From Raillietiella orientalis (taxonomy: Eukaryota): 64,000 nt of DNA. Below are positions 12,835 to 27,000 of this stretch, piece after piece (the stretch's first letter is position 1; every line of letters begins with the position of its first letter). The stretch spans positions 2,914,001-2,978,000 of the forward strand of contig JAYWIR010000022.1 of assembly GCA_036172245.1 (NCBI GenBank). The letters run 5' to 3'. The notes beneath the pieces were generated by a model. That model ran no database searches and was not told where the DNA came from. It saw nothing but the letters and a program-made list of their open reading frames with translations. The translations under genes were made by a program, and so were the position numbers.

Positions 12835-15800
12835 CAGTAAGAACTTTTAAAGGAACACCTGAAACATCTACAGTTGAATCCATAGACAATCGACACCAAT
12901 CTTACCGCTCCGAACCACTGCTTTTAATGAGAAACATTCTATTATCTTCATACCCTACCAAAAACACCCCAAACATATTCAAATGCAATGATGTGATACA
13001 TTTCACAATATACTGTGGATATTTGCTTACATCAGATTTCTTATGTCATAATCAAGCATCAACATCATAAAAATACTCATACAATGTTATATCAGAAAAC
13101 AATTCATATAAAAGATTTCCTCTAAAAATCTCAATTTTATACCTTCGACAAAAGTTTAGAAAATCCTAACCATCAAATTAGTTACATTAAAAACCTGCGA
13201 CATTAGAGGCACGAATTTTGAAATGTAGTCTTTGAATTAAAACCTACCAATGTAAGATCAAGCACACTGAAACAGGCCTTCTGGATCATAATGCCTTAAA
13301 CCTCAAGTCCAGATATATGTCCAGATACCACAATGAGATTGCATGTGCATATCAAATTAAAATAATCCATACACTTATAAATAATAATACTGCATGGTTA
13401 CTTATCGTAATCAATTTTCCATTAACGTTATACTGTAGCATCTCACAAAAACTTGATCAAAACATAAGTATTACATTTAAGAACTGCATGTCACGTACTC
13501 AAGGACAGGCTTACCTACATGTCTAAAAAACTTTCACTGAATACTTTGTGAATCTTATATATTTATAAAAGGTACACAATATATACCCACTACACTTCAT
13601 TCACAGTACCTATGCAAAGGTAGGATTTATCAAGTGCTGAAACGGTTCTTTAACACTTCGCAGTTCTTACGAAAAAACTTGACAAACATCACATCGAATC
13701 TTCCACAATTTTCAAATAAGTAAATAAATAAAAGTACTGCTCCCACTGAACATCAATTTAATGTCCATCATCACCATCTTAAGGCAAAAGGATACCAATA
13801 TTACAAATTCAAAAAAATTACAAATCAATTCACTTTATAAACTTCCCCTATGGTCTCCAACTTCATACAAACTTATACGCCCCCAAACACAAATTCAATA
13901 AAGGCACAACTTATTAAAACAACAAAAATTGAACAAACATTTTTTTTTTCTTTTTTACAGCAGTCAACGGATAAAACAATGTTTACGAATTCGCAATTTC
14001 CTTACCTTATTTTAAAGTACAAAAACACTCAACATACGATTTAACTATTGTATATTCACTTCTTACAGAGATGAATGCATTTTTTTTTTTTTTTTTTTTG
14101 GCTGTCGTCGTTCTGTTCTTCCTACAAAATCCTATAACGCAACGTGACACATACACACATCACTGCGCTGTGGGCGCACAGAATTTAGGAAAGTTAGTAA
14201 GGCTTTCAAGATGGCGATGGTGTACTTCCTCTGTAAGAAATATCAATGCTTCCACTGGATTAAGCATTCTTCAAACCTTAGCTCAAAAAAATGATATTTC
14301 ACATATAGTTTCAAAAATAATTTGAAGATGAATCAATAGAGCAATTTAATTGTTTAACAATTCTATCATTTACTGATATCTGCCATTCAAAAACTTGACA
14401 GTTTTTAACTGAACTACTTACAAAATAGAAGTCGCATTTTGTTCAGTTGCAGATGTCTCAGAATGCTATCACAAAATACGACATAACCAGCAACTTATAA
14501 ACCAGCTGTTTGTGGAGAAATTAAATATTAATAATTATTTTTAAATCTTTACCATTTGACAAAAGCAAAAAGCAAAAGCAAAAATGGAATAAGCAAACAT
14601 TCACTTTATCGTGAAGAGAGTATGTGATTTGGATTCCTGCGCCAACTAGGCTCTCATTAAAATGTATGAAAAGTGGGGTTAGTGCCACAGAAAACTATCT
14701 TTGTAAAATGCGAGGCGGAGGGGGGGTAGATAAAGAAAACTTTAATGGAAACTCTGAAACTGGTAATTTGGAAAATAAGCGATTTCCAGGACATGACAAA
14801 AGCATTAAAAACACGTTTGGAAATGATTTGGGCATTCTGTTCTTTGACATTTGTACAATTTCTGACGACTGTTTGCTTCAAAAATATTTCTTCCCAGTAA
14901 ATTTAATAACGAATATTCAGTTTTGGAGCAATCGATCGAAAAACAAGCTTATAGAGTTCGACGTGTAGGTTCTTTTATAGGTTTCCATGATATATGGAAG
15001 TAGAATCCGGTACATTGCATGGAGATCTCTTAGCGAAATTCCTCTGTCTCAACAATGTTGTAGTATGTTCTTTTGACTGCAAGACTACTCTCTTGAGAGC
15101 TTCATTATTGTATCATCTGTGAGGTTTGTTTTCGGTGCTGTTGCTTGTAGAAGCTCAGAATACATTTTTTGTGCACAAAGTGCCAAAAGTAGTCTGTGCC
15201 CTCCGTTCATGTAATGATTGATATATACTAATATGATGATTTATACTATCCCTTCTGTCATTAGATACCTTTCTTCGAATATTTCGAATTTTCCATACAT
15301 TATTTTTCAGTCTTTTTTTTCTTGAGAAATTTGCTTTATCATGATGTGAAGAGACACTGATTAACAGTACACAAATAGTCTTTCTACCAGTAGCACAATT
15401 TTGGATAGTGGAAAAAAAAAAAAAAAAACTCTCCACATGTCCAACGTTTATTTTTTCAGAACTCATATTTGAATTACAAACTCTGAATTTCTAGCAAATA
15501 CTCTCTGATGAAACCGCACATGTTCGTAAGATATGCATGTTGTTTCGCCTAAAAGCATCGGACATCAATATTGGCAAATTCTCGGTGTGTGTCGATTCTA
15601 ACAGTTGTCGAAATGTTGGTGAAACCAAGGATGTTTAGTGCGACACGACTCATTTCTTTGAATCGAGAGTTCTGTCTTCCAAAGTAAAGCATCACTTCTG
15701 CATCGTACTCGTTGTGATGGTTAGGTGTCTCTTCAGGAGGCGAGGTTTAATATGATGTTCCTGAGACACCAGCTTTTCCATACGTTTATCCGATGTATTT

Positions 15801-18800
15801 TAGATTCTAGATTCCATGCACTAAAGGCAAACACAAAAAAAACGATAAATTTTTTTTCCTTCAGTGTATATGCGTGCAAAGCACAGAGATTATTTGCGAT
15901 GTATGCAACTTCGGTTGCGAATTCTTGGAAAACTTTATAAGTAGGGATTTGTTTAAAAAATAGTATAAAGTTTCGTCGCTTATCAACGAAAGACATTAAT
16001 TGGGCTACAGCCGAAATATTTTGGGGATAAGGCGAGCATTCTTAATTTCTTCTTTTACATTCATTTCATTTTACTTCACGTTATTTTTTAGGTTGCTGTT
16101 TGCTGCTGGATGCATCGCGATTCGATGATGGTAGGAGCGCGTGCCATATTAATCTTGCTCCGTACCAGCAGGCTTACTGTTGCTGCAGCATGTCACTTCG
16201 TTATCGGAAGAATCGTGGTCCACCTCGGGACGAGATGAGCTCCACTTTCATCCTGAAAATTAGGAGTGCCAGGTTTGCTTTTGGGAAGCTCCACGAGGAA
16301 ATCAGCGATAATAATTGCGCTGAAGTGCCACCTTATGACTTTTTTACGTGAAGACAACTTGTAGAATTATAATTATCCCTTGGGCTAGAGATTTTAAACG
16401 TCCCATTCGCAATTCATTTGTAACAGCTCATGTTAGCAAGCACAAAATGCACTCACTCCCATCAAATTATTCCTCCCCTTTTCATTTCCATAACTAGAGG
16501 CTATTTTATTCATTCGGATGCATAGCAATTTTTGCGGAAGTTTTAGTTTACTGGAACGTATCCTGTTGCTTTCCGTATTTGAAAGAGAATTCTGCAATCA
16601 AAATAATTCGGGAAGCTATAAGTGGTAATTTACATGACAGACACACATACACACACACTATACTTTCATAAAAACTATACTTTCATGGCGTTTAATATGA
16701 ATTATGAAGTCGAATATTTGAAGCAGTTGTTGCGGTAGGAATGCACGAGCAGATGGAAGCTTCATTCCTCATCTTGTGATTCATTGAAAACTTGCATCTG
16801 GCAACGATAATGAGTTTCAAAATAAGGAAAGACTTCAGGGAGCTGGAAGTGTTTCAATCGAGAAAGACACAATCCCGAGGTTGACACTACTCTTTCAAGC
16901 TGCTGCTGCGCTCAAGAAAGGGGGAAAGCACGGCGACAGACTCCAAAGGCTGGCCTTTGTAGGGGCTGCTGCTTTTTAGTCAGAAGTCCGTGGTCGCTGC
17001 TATGAGGAAAACTCGTGACAGCGTAGAGTGAGGTGGACGGAAGTCTTTCCGTTGACAGTTTTCAGAAACTGCGCCGTGTTCAGCACACCAAAATCTTTCC
17101 CGAACCGCATAGCTTCTAGCTAGGGCCAGATGAAGGTTAAAGATGGACCTGGAGAGAGATCACAGGAAGCGGGCATCCTGCAATTCACGCAGTGAGAAGT
17201 TTCAGGGAGCTGCAAATGAGAAAGGCGTTTCCGAGAGGGATATAGCTGCTCGAAAATGAGCCAAGTGTCCGCCGACACCGCCGGGAGTCCAAGAAGGTGT
17301 CGCATCTCAGGACTAGGCTCCAAAGACTCGCAAAAAGCAATCAGCTGCAACAATCTTGCGCACACTGCCGAAAGCGCTCTTGCGGATTCCTCCCAACTCT
17401 GGATGAATGCAAACGTGAAGAACTGGGGAACTTGACATGTGTACCTTGAAGGGAAAGAAGAGGACCGCTCTTGAAGGTTCTCCTGAAGGGCACAGAGATG
17501 AGCACGGGCATTGCTTTTAAGGGTTCTAGACAATGATCCCAAATTGGAAAATGAGGAGAAATCACGGAACCACACGAAAATTTGAAAAGACCTCGACCCA
17601 TCGCATCCAGATTGAGGGAGTTCTTCATAGGAGGACAGATGTCACCAGACCTTCTAGAGCAGCAGAGGAAAAGAAGAAGAGAAATCACAGAACTTGTGCT
17701 CTCTTCTGTCCTATGGTGCAGCTTCAGGGCAACGGTGCTACCATCTCGAGAGTCCAATGACAAAGAAGGTTTTCCGCCACGATCCCGAATGAGATAGGCA
17801 ACAGCTCGGATCCCTGCCAAAAATAATAATAATAATGATAAAGCTCCGTGAACGTCCACAGCCGATCTCCTAAGAACGCATTGACCATTTTGACGATGGT
17901 CCCATCTCTGGTGATTCCCTTGCGATGGCATCCGCTTGCTGCTAGAAGGGAGACACAGGAGCAAAGGCAGATGTCAAACAGAATGGAACACGCGAGGGAG
18001 GAAGTCAAGATGGGCAATTCAGGTCTGCAGAGAAATCTAAAAGATACGTAGCTGCGTACGGAACAGTAAACTGTGAATGGATGAATGGATGAACCATCGA
18101 CAACACATCTTCCTCATCCCTTCGCTTCCCTCCCCTCCCCTTTTTTCCCCATTCTTTCTGCACATCGGACCAAGGACGCTGCTAATTCTCCATAGCGTCA
18201 CTTTCTTCCTCCGAGTATCCCGCTCCTTCCCATCCGCAAGTGGTGTCGGGAAAAAACTGAGGACAGCTGAGGGAATGGCGGACGAAGAAATCACGTGCAA
18301 AATTTCGAACTTGAGAGATAGTGGGGAGCGATAAATGTGGCCGCTCAAGATGCGGGCTGTTGCATTATCATCGTAGCGAATTTTCGGTTTCGATAAGAAC
18401 CAAGGAGTGCGATGTTGCCTGGTGCCGCCACACGGTGAGGTCGGTGCGACGACGACGCTGGAGTCATTTTCACACTCTCCTCTCCCTGAGGCTGCGGACA
18501 ATGCGATCCCAACTCTTGGACCACCACTCCATCGTGCGAACCCGGAGGGCCACTTCGGTTCGCAGCTGCTCCAGTGCTTTCGAGTACGCCTCACCAAAGT
18601 CCTGGAAAGATCTCAGATATTCTCAAATATCCCCAAATATATTGCTGCTAATCCCTGTGACGCGTTGTCACAGGTGGATCGTTCGAAATTGCCGTCTTGC
18701 AATCAACGACTGCGGGAAGGAAGGAGAGGGGAGGAGGGGGGAGAAAGAAGGGAAAGAGGAGAATGTAGACGGAAAAGCCTGAGGGAAGGGTTGACACCAA

Positions 18801-19471
18801 GTGCATTCCTTTGTGAAGAGTAGCGCGCACCACTACCACCACCACCATCCGGAAAAAAGGGAGAAGGGCTGCCGACTATCCGCGCATAACCGTCCAAGGC
18901 TAGAGGCAACAGAGACGACGAAGAGCCGTTAGCGCTCAGCACGTCCTCCGGACCCGCAAGGGAATTCCCAGCTACCTGGCGACGACGGCGGGTGCTGTTG
19001 CTGAGGAATCTGGCATCTTCTGCACACTGCTCAAAGTAGAGCGAGCGGGCAAGAACGTGGCTCGCTGCTGCTCGCAGCAGCAACACGAGCGCACTCGCTC
19101 CCGAGACTCAGAAACGACTGAACACCCAAGGCTGCGCACCCAAGAGCCGCAGCGAAGAATGCAGGTTTTTTTTTTTTGTTGTTTTCCAAGGCTTTCGGGC
19201 ACGTGAAAACAACGCATCTTGCGTCCTTTGTGACGTGCACATGTGTGAAAATGAGGCTAACGCGCGCGCGTTTGTATGCGTGTGTACAGCTGGCAGGCCA
19301 CCGTGCAGGGATTCTTCTCGCCGCAGAGCAGCCGGGGAAAGGCGAAAGGTGCGCAAAAGTCCAAGACTGCCGTGGCTTGCTGCTACCCCTCTCCAAAAGA
19401 AAGAGAATGCAGCTGCGGAGGGGGCGGGTACTCCCCCCCACACACGCTTTCCTATGCACCCACACACCCAC

Positions 19472-19756
19472 CTCGTAGGTCTTCCTCTGCAGCTGGCGCA
19501 TACTGGAGGCAAACCGACGCGGCACAGCGTCTACTAGGGAGCCGGGAGCAGGACCGAACGCCTCCGCATCCTTCGGCTCCCGTCCGTACACGCTGGAGAT
19601 GACGAGGCTGGGGACGGAACCGTCGTCGCCTTCCGGCGTTTTGGTCTCTTCCAGCACAAGGGGAGGGGCGGAGGCGGACAGCGGCTCCGAAACCCTACCT
19701 CCCTCTTCACCTGGACTTGGGAGTGTTTTGTCTGCGGGAGTCTGCCTGAGCTCTAT
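19472..19756 (-). CDS. Probable internal exon (95 codons, phase 0-0) of an unidentified low-complexity protein
   Basis: Acceptor tctttcttcag, donor GAG|gtgggt, open frame IELRQTPADKTLPSPGEEGG...MRQLQRKTYE. No recognisable family. Confidence 0.4.
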
Positions 19757-21039
19757 CTGAAGAAAGAGCACCATGAGAAGTTCGTGAGAATGACATCGAT
19801 CGACAACCGCCATCATCACTGTGATGACAACGATCGCTTCAAATTATCATGATGCGTCCAAAGATTTCGAACGCAAGATGAATTAGGAAATGGCCAGGTA
19901 GTCGCAGGCGTCCTGATGGGTGCACGAACAGCTGCGGCCATGCCCTTCTCAAGGGGGTGTCCTCCCTGAAGCTGCACGGCACTAGGAGAATCGGGAAGCA
20001 GTGCGTCGTACAGCAGCACCGGGAAGAAGGGCTCGAGACACGGAGTGGAAGGAAAGAAAAAGAGGAAAGGACGACGGCGCGAAAGACCAGGAGGTTGCTG
20101 TTGCTGTTGCAGAGGAGGTCGTAAACAAGAAGGTTCTGACGGGTCTAAAGGTTCTTCACTTCTCCAACGTCGGATAGATGCAGGGATCCCTGCGTGCAGG
20201 TGGAAATCGGGAAGAAGCCAGGGACGAAGCCAAACGGCGACGTCACTCTTTTCAGGCTTTAGTTCGGTTGGGAGTGGCAGCGCGTTGCCATGATTCGACA
20301 GGAAAACTCCGAACGTTCGAACGGCAGTAGTAGGGAAAGCAAGTGATGTATACGAGAGGCTGGCGAAAGAAGGAAGGAAGGAAGGTATCTGTGCTTCTTG
20401 GCAAAGGGTCTGTCCGACACGTGAAAATGGACATGCCATTAGAAAAGTCTCGAAAGATTGTCGATGCAGTAATGAAATCACTCGACCTAATTAAGATACA
20501 CGCCTTTGCCTAGCATAGCATTCGTGAATAAAGAGGAACGAAGAGCCGCTGAAGGGCGACATATTCTCTTCTCCTTCCCTTTGCCTCCTGTCTCGTTTTG
20601 AGGGACCATCGAGTGACAGGAAATGCATCACTACAAAGCGGAAATGGCTCTTTTTTTTATTTTTGCCCTCTGAATCATGCCCTTTGAATTAGGGAAAATT
20701 CTTCTCAAAGGTCATGTGTCGTCAAGCCCTTCAGCTTGAGAACGAAGTGTCCACTCCCTGTTTCTCGTGCACAGGGGAACTTTCAAACAGATTCTGTGTA
20801 AGGGTAAGTACCCTACACAACACCACAATCACATCACCTTCTCAAACTCTGGGGACCGTGCTCCTGTGCGTGTGTCTGTGTTTCGACCCAAGATTCAACT
20901 TAAATAGATAACGGTTTTTGGATCTCCGTCGGAGTTGCTCCCTTTTCTTTGTGTGCTGGGATCGCATTGGTGGGAGGCGTTCTTCGGAGAGAGATGCGTC
21001 TACCCCCTCAGTACCGCCCGGACGTCAGCACGTTTCACA

Positions 21040-24000
21040 TCATGTCTTGACCGTAGAGAGCGGACGAACGAGATGTGCCGCCTCGACCCAGGATCGCTGC
21101 AAGATTTTCGGGAATTGACTGGGAATGCATCCCGTGTTCGAGGAAGATGACGGACAGGCAAAAGCGTACGGTTCCAAATCCTGCTCGAAACTCTCGAGGA
21201 GCAGCCTCCAGAGTTGCCTTTCGAAACCTCTCAGAAACACAGACGATCGCTACTATCGCATTCTTTCCTTGTCAGGAGTTGCAAGTTGGTTTTCGAAATT
21301 CGAGCCTTGCTTCGGGTTTTCCCTCTCCGGTCTTATCTTTGTTCCATCCTCTCCGCTTTAAGTAGCAGGACAAGACGAGATCTGTCGACATCTGCTACGC
21401 TGAAGAAATCTATCTTCTCCCCGTTCGTATGCCAAATGGGTGAGTGCGGGCGTCCTTTTCCTGTCTTGTACTGCTGAGAGAGTGTTAAGACTCTTAGATC
21501 CAGCTGGACTAGGGAGCCGCAACCTTTGGATGTCGGACTCCAGAAGCCAGAAGTTGTCTTTCTGGCACTCAGGTGCAATCTTTTAAGAAAGGAATTTGTG
21601 GTGACTTTCGTCACCAGAATGTGCAGGCGAAAAGTCCTTGTTGTACTCTTCGAGCGCACGTCTCACTTGTTGACATCTTGCTCGCTGGAGATCCCTTTAA
21701 GCTCCAAGAACACACCATTCTTCATCGAACCCCAGCACATGTGAGGTTTCCGTGAATGAGGATCCACTGAATTCCACTTTGAAGCAGCGACGGTGCTTCT
21801 GCAAAAGCACCAAGACTTCGCTGTTTCGAGATTTCCGGTTCCTCCATCCCCACTAATGCATTCCGTTGTTTTCCTGATTTTCAGTGCCAAAAATGAATTC
21901 ACTTTTCCAAACCGAGCCGCCGATTTTTTACGAGGAGTTTCATTTTGTCCTTACCGGTCCCGGCCTTCCGCAACCTAAACGGAATGGAGCCACGCAGAAG
22001 CCTCAGATCGTCATCCCTCCTGTTTTTCCTCCATCCCAATTTTGATTGCGGACCTCATTTTGTGGCTGGCGGAGCACCGGTGCGGCCAGAAGGTAAACGA
22101 AGACCGAGTGGGTGTGGCAGCGAGTGGTAGCGGGCTCGCGCGCATGGTGAGCCTACTCGCTGGCTTGGATTTCCCAGTGTTTTGGCGCTCGACTGATTTA
22201 CCTGGGATCACCCCCCTCCTCCTCCTCCTTGAAGTGATTTTGAACCACAGTGAGATAGGCCCGCGTGCCTAAATAATTTCAGCTTTGCCGTAACATTCCG
22301 ATTCGCATCCACGCGCATTCATGCTGCTTTCTTGATGAGATTTCTTCTCTGTCTCTCTCTTCCGCTTGTTTTTCCCTTTTGGTAGCGATGAGGGCTCCCC
22401 TGTACTCTTGTACCGAGAAAACTTTACCATCTTTCGAGCGGTAAGTGTACAAGATCCTGGGATGCCGGATTCCCTCCACGTGGGAAGCAAATATAACGCA
22501 ATCCATCAACGTCGTTAGGGAATTCGCCTAGAGGATAGAGTTTGTGTACAGCTTCGAAGATGCGTCTCAGCGCGCTCCTGCGTGCGGCGGCTCTGAATAC
22601 GTTAAATCCGGGTCCGTTGCTTCCGCATGTTTGTTTCTTCTCTCTCTCTCTCTGTAAGAATATGTCTTCGGACGCATGTGAGAGCGCATTGCTCGCACTG
22701 CCATGCCTTGGACGAAGTTCTCCAAACAGCGAGCTTCGAACTGAGGCCCTCCGCATCGAGACTTTCAAGTTAACGGAAAAAAAAGATATTGAAAAAAATG
22801 AATATTGCAGGGGGAAAAAAAAAAGTGCTCTCGGTCATTCCGAGACGTCATTCCCAGTAGCTGCTTCGAAAGGCACCATCAACAAAGTGCAGCGTGAACA
22901 GAAACAAATGACAAACAAGAAATGGTGCAATCAACTGAGTCAGGAGAAAGAAAGAAAAAACGAGCCGTTTTGCGACGAGAGCAGACCGAGTGGGAAGACC
23001 TTTGGGCAGATACTTTCTTGTAGAGGAGCACAACTCACCTTCGAAAGCATCTCGAAGTTCTCAGCATACAGCAGGGAAGTAAATGCTCTTAAGCAGCTGT
23101 GGACAAGGCCGTTCAAGTCTGATACGAAGGAATTTGCCACATCAAACAGGTCCTCCTGGATATCGTGACTAATAAATTTCATTTGGATGCAAAGCTTGAT
23201 TGATATGAACATTCTGGCAGAGTTTCATTAAATAGTTTGCATCGCACGGGTTGCTAGTGGTGTCAGTTGCCACAGCAACCCGACGATCAGTCCCTAACGT
23301 TTTCTCTTGTCAGCTTTCCTCATAACATCTTTGGATCACATAATGCATTGCTTGCCTTACACCGAAGAGAATAGCCGAAAATCGGATTCCAACCCTTTTT
23401 TTTTTAAAAAAAAAAAAGCAGAAATTCCTCCATATTTACATTTGATGCTCTTTCAAAAACTTTCTTTTATAAAGCTATATCCTTCAATTAAGATGCGCTA
23501 TTTTTTTCTTACGATGGAAAAGGGATCGAGATGCTAAAAAAAATGTTTTTTTTTTCTTGTCGAAATACAAAGTCCCCATTTTCATCATCACCGGCTGAAG
23601 CTCATGAACGGCAGGACGCCCAGCCTCCGCCGTTCGTGTTCTACGGGGCTGGCGAGGACTCGCAACCCCACAACCAAGTCGAATCTTTAGTTCCCTCACC
23701 TGGGATTCTCCTAGAACTTCTGCCGTGCCTGGGATAGCCAGTGTGGCTTTTGCAAGATCGTATATAAAACAATCGGTAAGCATCCGAGCATCGTATTCAT
23801 GATACATCATCGGAAAAGCACTCCGATCTGCGAACCAAGCGCTTGCTTTGCGATGCACCGTTTTAGAAACAAGAAGAAATTCTAATCGGCTTCCAACTTC
23901 TTTCCCTCCCTCCCACGGACGACTCCCTCGTGACCCTGGTATTGACTCGCATGATCAGTACGCTTAGCAACAGCCGGATGCTGTTTGCGGTGTTGGGGAG

Positions 24001-27000
24001 CGTCGGATTTGAACCTGACAAGAGTTCCGGAAGCTGGGAATCGAGGCTGAGGTGATCACATCGGTTTTCCCGATCCCGAATCGGACGAGAGCATTCAATA
24101 AAGTTGGAAAGAAACTTCGATCATTTGAGGCCAACCTTCCACTGCGACAGCTTTTGCTGCAGCTTGTCCGTACTGTTTATCACCAGCAGGTGGGCTTCTT
24201 CGTCCAAAGATTCCAGGCGCACTTTTTGTGAATGGAGGGATAAATTTGGTCGGCAACGGTTGCTCAGTGATTCTCTTTTCCTCTCCCATTCCTCGTGGAA
24301 CCACGATTTGAGATTTTCCAGATAAGCCTCCACCAGCGACAGCAGCAACTTCTCGTGTTTGCATAGACTGCTCTTGCAAAAACGCACGAAGATGTCCCGA
24401 GCCACGATTTCCGCCTCCAGGGATTTTTGGTACAGATCTGCAGAAGTCGAACGGGTCGAACCCATCCTCCTCAACCGAACCGATCACATAACCTCTTGCC
24501 ACCTCTTCGTGCAACCACTCCGACTGCCGGTAAAGGGATCGATGTTTCTCTCGAAGGTCGTTTATGAAATGGTTCATGGCCTCGTGAGATCTCGGACTTT
24601 TGTTTGTTTGCGTTTTCAAAAGCTTCTGAATGAGAAATGACCCAAATGCACCGAAAACTTCTACGGACCTGTCCCATCCTGAGCGAATCGGACAAACTTT
24701 CAGACAACATGCAATCCACTGCAGACAGATAGTCGTCATGGCTCATGGTCTCCTGACTACGGCTGACTTCTCCTGAGGACAACAGCAATAACAAACGCAT
24801 CTCTCGAAAATAAATACAAGTTTGTTTGTTTTTTTCCCCTTCATCTTAAGAATAGGTATCCTTTTCACCTAACAGGGGAGCTTTACTATTCAAGCATTCT
24901 CAGAGTAGGGCTAGTTGTGAGCAGCGCTCCTAACGGATGTGTACGTTAATACACTTCATCATACGTACACATACATTGTTCTTAAAAAAAAAAAAAAATC
25001 GCGATACGAATGTGTCAACTACAGAAACGGAAACTTTACATGGAAACCAACGTTTATTAATCAGCGTCAAGGATGCTCAAAACGACCTAGAGGCTTCGTG
25101 TTGACTGTCTCAAAGAAGAAGGAAGCCAAAGATGTGTGTGTGGAAGATAGGGAGGCGCTTCGAGTTGATCGTATCCTATTTCGCCAGTCAGTGTCTGCAA
25201 TTTTGAGAACCGCAGCCTTTCAAATGGCCATTCCTTTACCTAGGCGGAAGGAACTGTGCAAAACCGCGTACTGGTTTTTATTTTTTTTTTTTGAAAATTC
25301 CCCTGCTTTCAACATTATGTGCAAGAACGCAATCATCTCTCATAATGAAAAGCAAACAAGCTGGTGAGCAATCAAATGCAAACACCGTCCCGAACGAAGG
25401 AAAAAAAAAATCCATTTGCACGTGTTCCACTGACAAGCAAACAAACTGGCGAGTCCATGGACGAGACTTCCGCTTTCTATCTACAACCAGTTTGTAGATT
25501 GGAATCAATTCGTGTTGGCGCACTGGTCAGAAGCACCGGAAACGGCTGGAAGCCATCGAAAAAAGGAAAGCAGTCTGACAGCTCCTGCTGCGAGGGGGAA
25601 AAAAGCGCGGGAAATCTTGCGCGTCATTCAAGCTTCCGGAATACTGGACCACTGCTTGAGGAAGTTTTTCTTTTCTGCTTTGCCTGCGTGCGGACACTGT
25701 GCTGCGAAACGGAACGTGTCCACCGACAGGGCTGACGACCCAGTTTCTCTCCCACCGGCCAACGGAAATCTCACACGGACCCCGTTCTTCGCCACACTGC
25801 ACGAATCGCTTCACGTTGGTATCTTTGGGTAGTGGCTCCCGCCCTGACGTATCGCATGTTCGTGGGATGGCCGTTACATTTCATCTCAGTGCCTCTTGAA
25901 AGTGCCTTGGAGACACCTGACCGGTATAAGCCGCTGTGGAAGCCCGCGGACGGCCTGGAGAGACGTGGCTAACTGAGCGGTTTCAAATCTGGGAGCAACT
26001 TGGTGTCATCTGTAGCAGTCGACTTGTTGCATAGGGGAGGCCGCCAAGATGCGCCCACACACAGACGGGATACTTTGGGGCTAGGCCACACTGCACGGAC
26101 AGGACCATTCCTCTGCAACGAAGGTACGGTTGTCGCGTTGAATCGCTTCTTCCTGCTAGCAGCTGCTTCAAGGAAACAGAGATAGGTGCGAAACGGAAAT
26201 TGCGTGCTTCAAGAGAAGCCGCTCAACACAAACACAAAGGAGGGACAGAACACGACAGTTCTTTTAGCTAAATACATAAATCTAGAATAAAAAAGAAAAT
26301 CAAAGGCACTTCGGCACTCGTCCGTAATTCGTTCCGTCGACTCATGATTAACGCTTAAAGTGCACAGAAAGCACAAAAAAGGGGGTGCGAACGATTCGGG
26401 AGGCACTCTATGGAAGTGTTTGGCCCGCGAGCTCCCATGAGACGAAAGCGTTCACTTGTTTCATCATGAGTGGGGTGTCGGGTTCCGAGCATGCGCCGAG
26501 TGTCGAAACATTTTCTTGTCAAAATGCGACGAGTACTGAGCTTGACGAGTTCCAATATTGTCGAGTACCGAGGTACCACTGTAAATATATCAACTCTGCA
26601 TGTTTGAATAAGGAAAACACACAAAAGAAAATTTACGAGCTTCTTCCGAGGCGACTGTCACGTGCAAGCGGCCCTCTGAGCTGGCATGCAGCACCGAAAA
26701 ACACCACTGCATCTGAGCTCCGAGAAGCATCAGAGATGACAGGAAACGATCCAGCGTCGCCTGCGGATCGAGGAAGCCGGACCGGATGCAGGAAATCATC
26801 TTCCCCAGTTTCTCAAGATTTCCCTTCAGCTCCGTGTCCTTCACCAGGATCTTTGATTTCACCTCAGCCAGCTCTTTGCTGCTCGTTTCCGAGAGCTGTT
26901 GAACGAAAGCTAGCAGTCTCAGCCTGCGACGTGTCTTGATCGTCGCGGATGCTTTCGAAACTTCCGGTCCTTACCGTTCGCGGATGTTGCTTACTTTCAG

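Noticed and set aside
16240..16310. RTE-like LINE fragment (IRSARFAFGKL)
   Set aside because: A single short motif with no flanking RT or YLG motifs.
23990..24030. B-box-like GGTTCAAATCC on the minus strand
   Set aside because: No A box or cloverleaf; it lies in a probable exon region of the coiled-coil gene.
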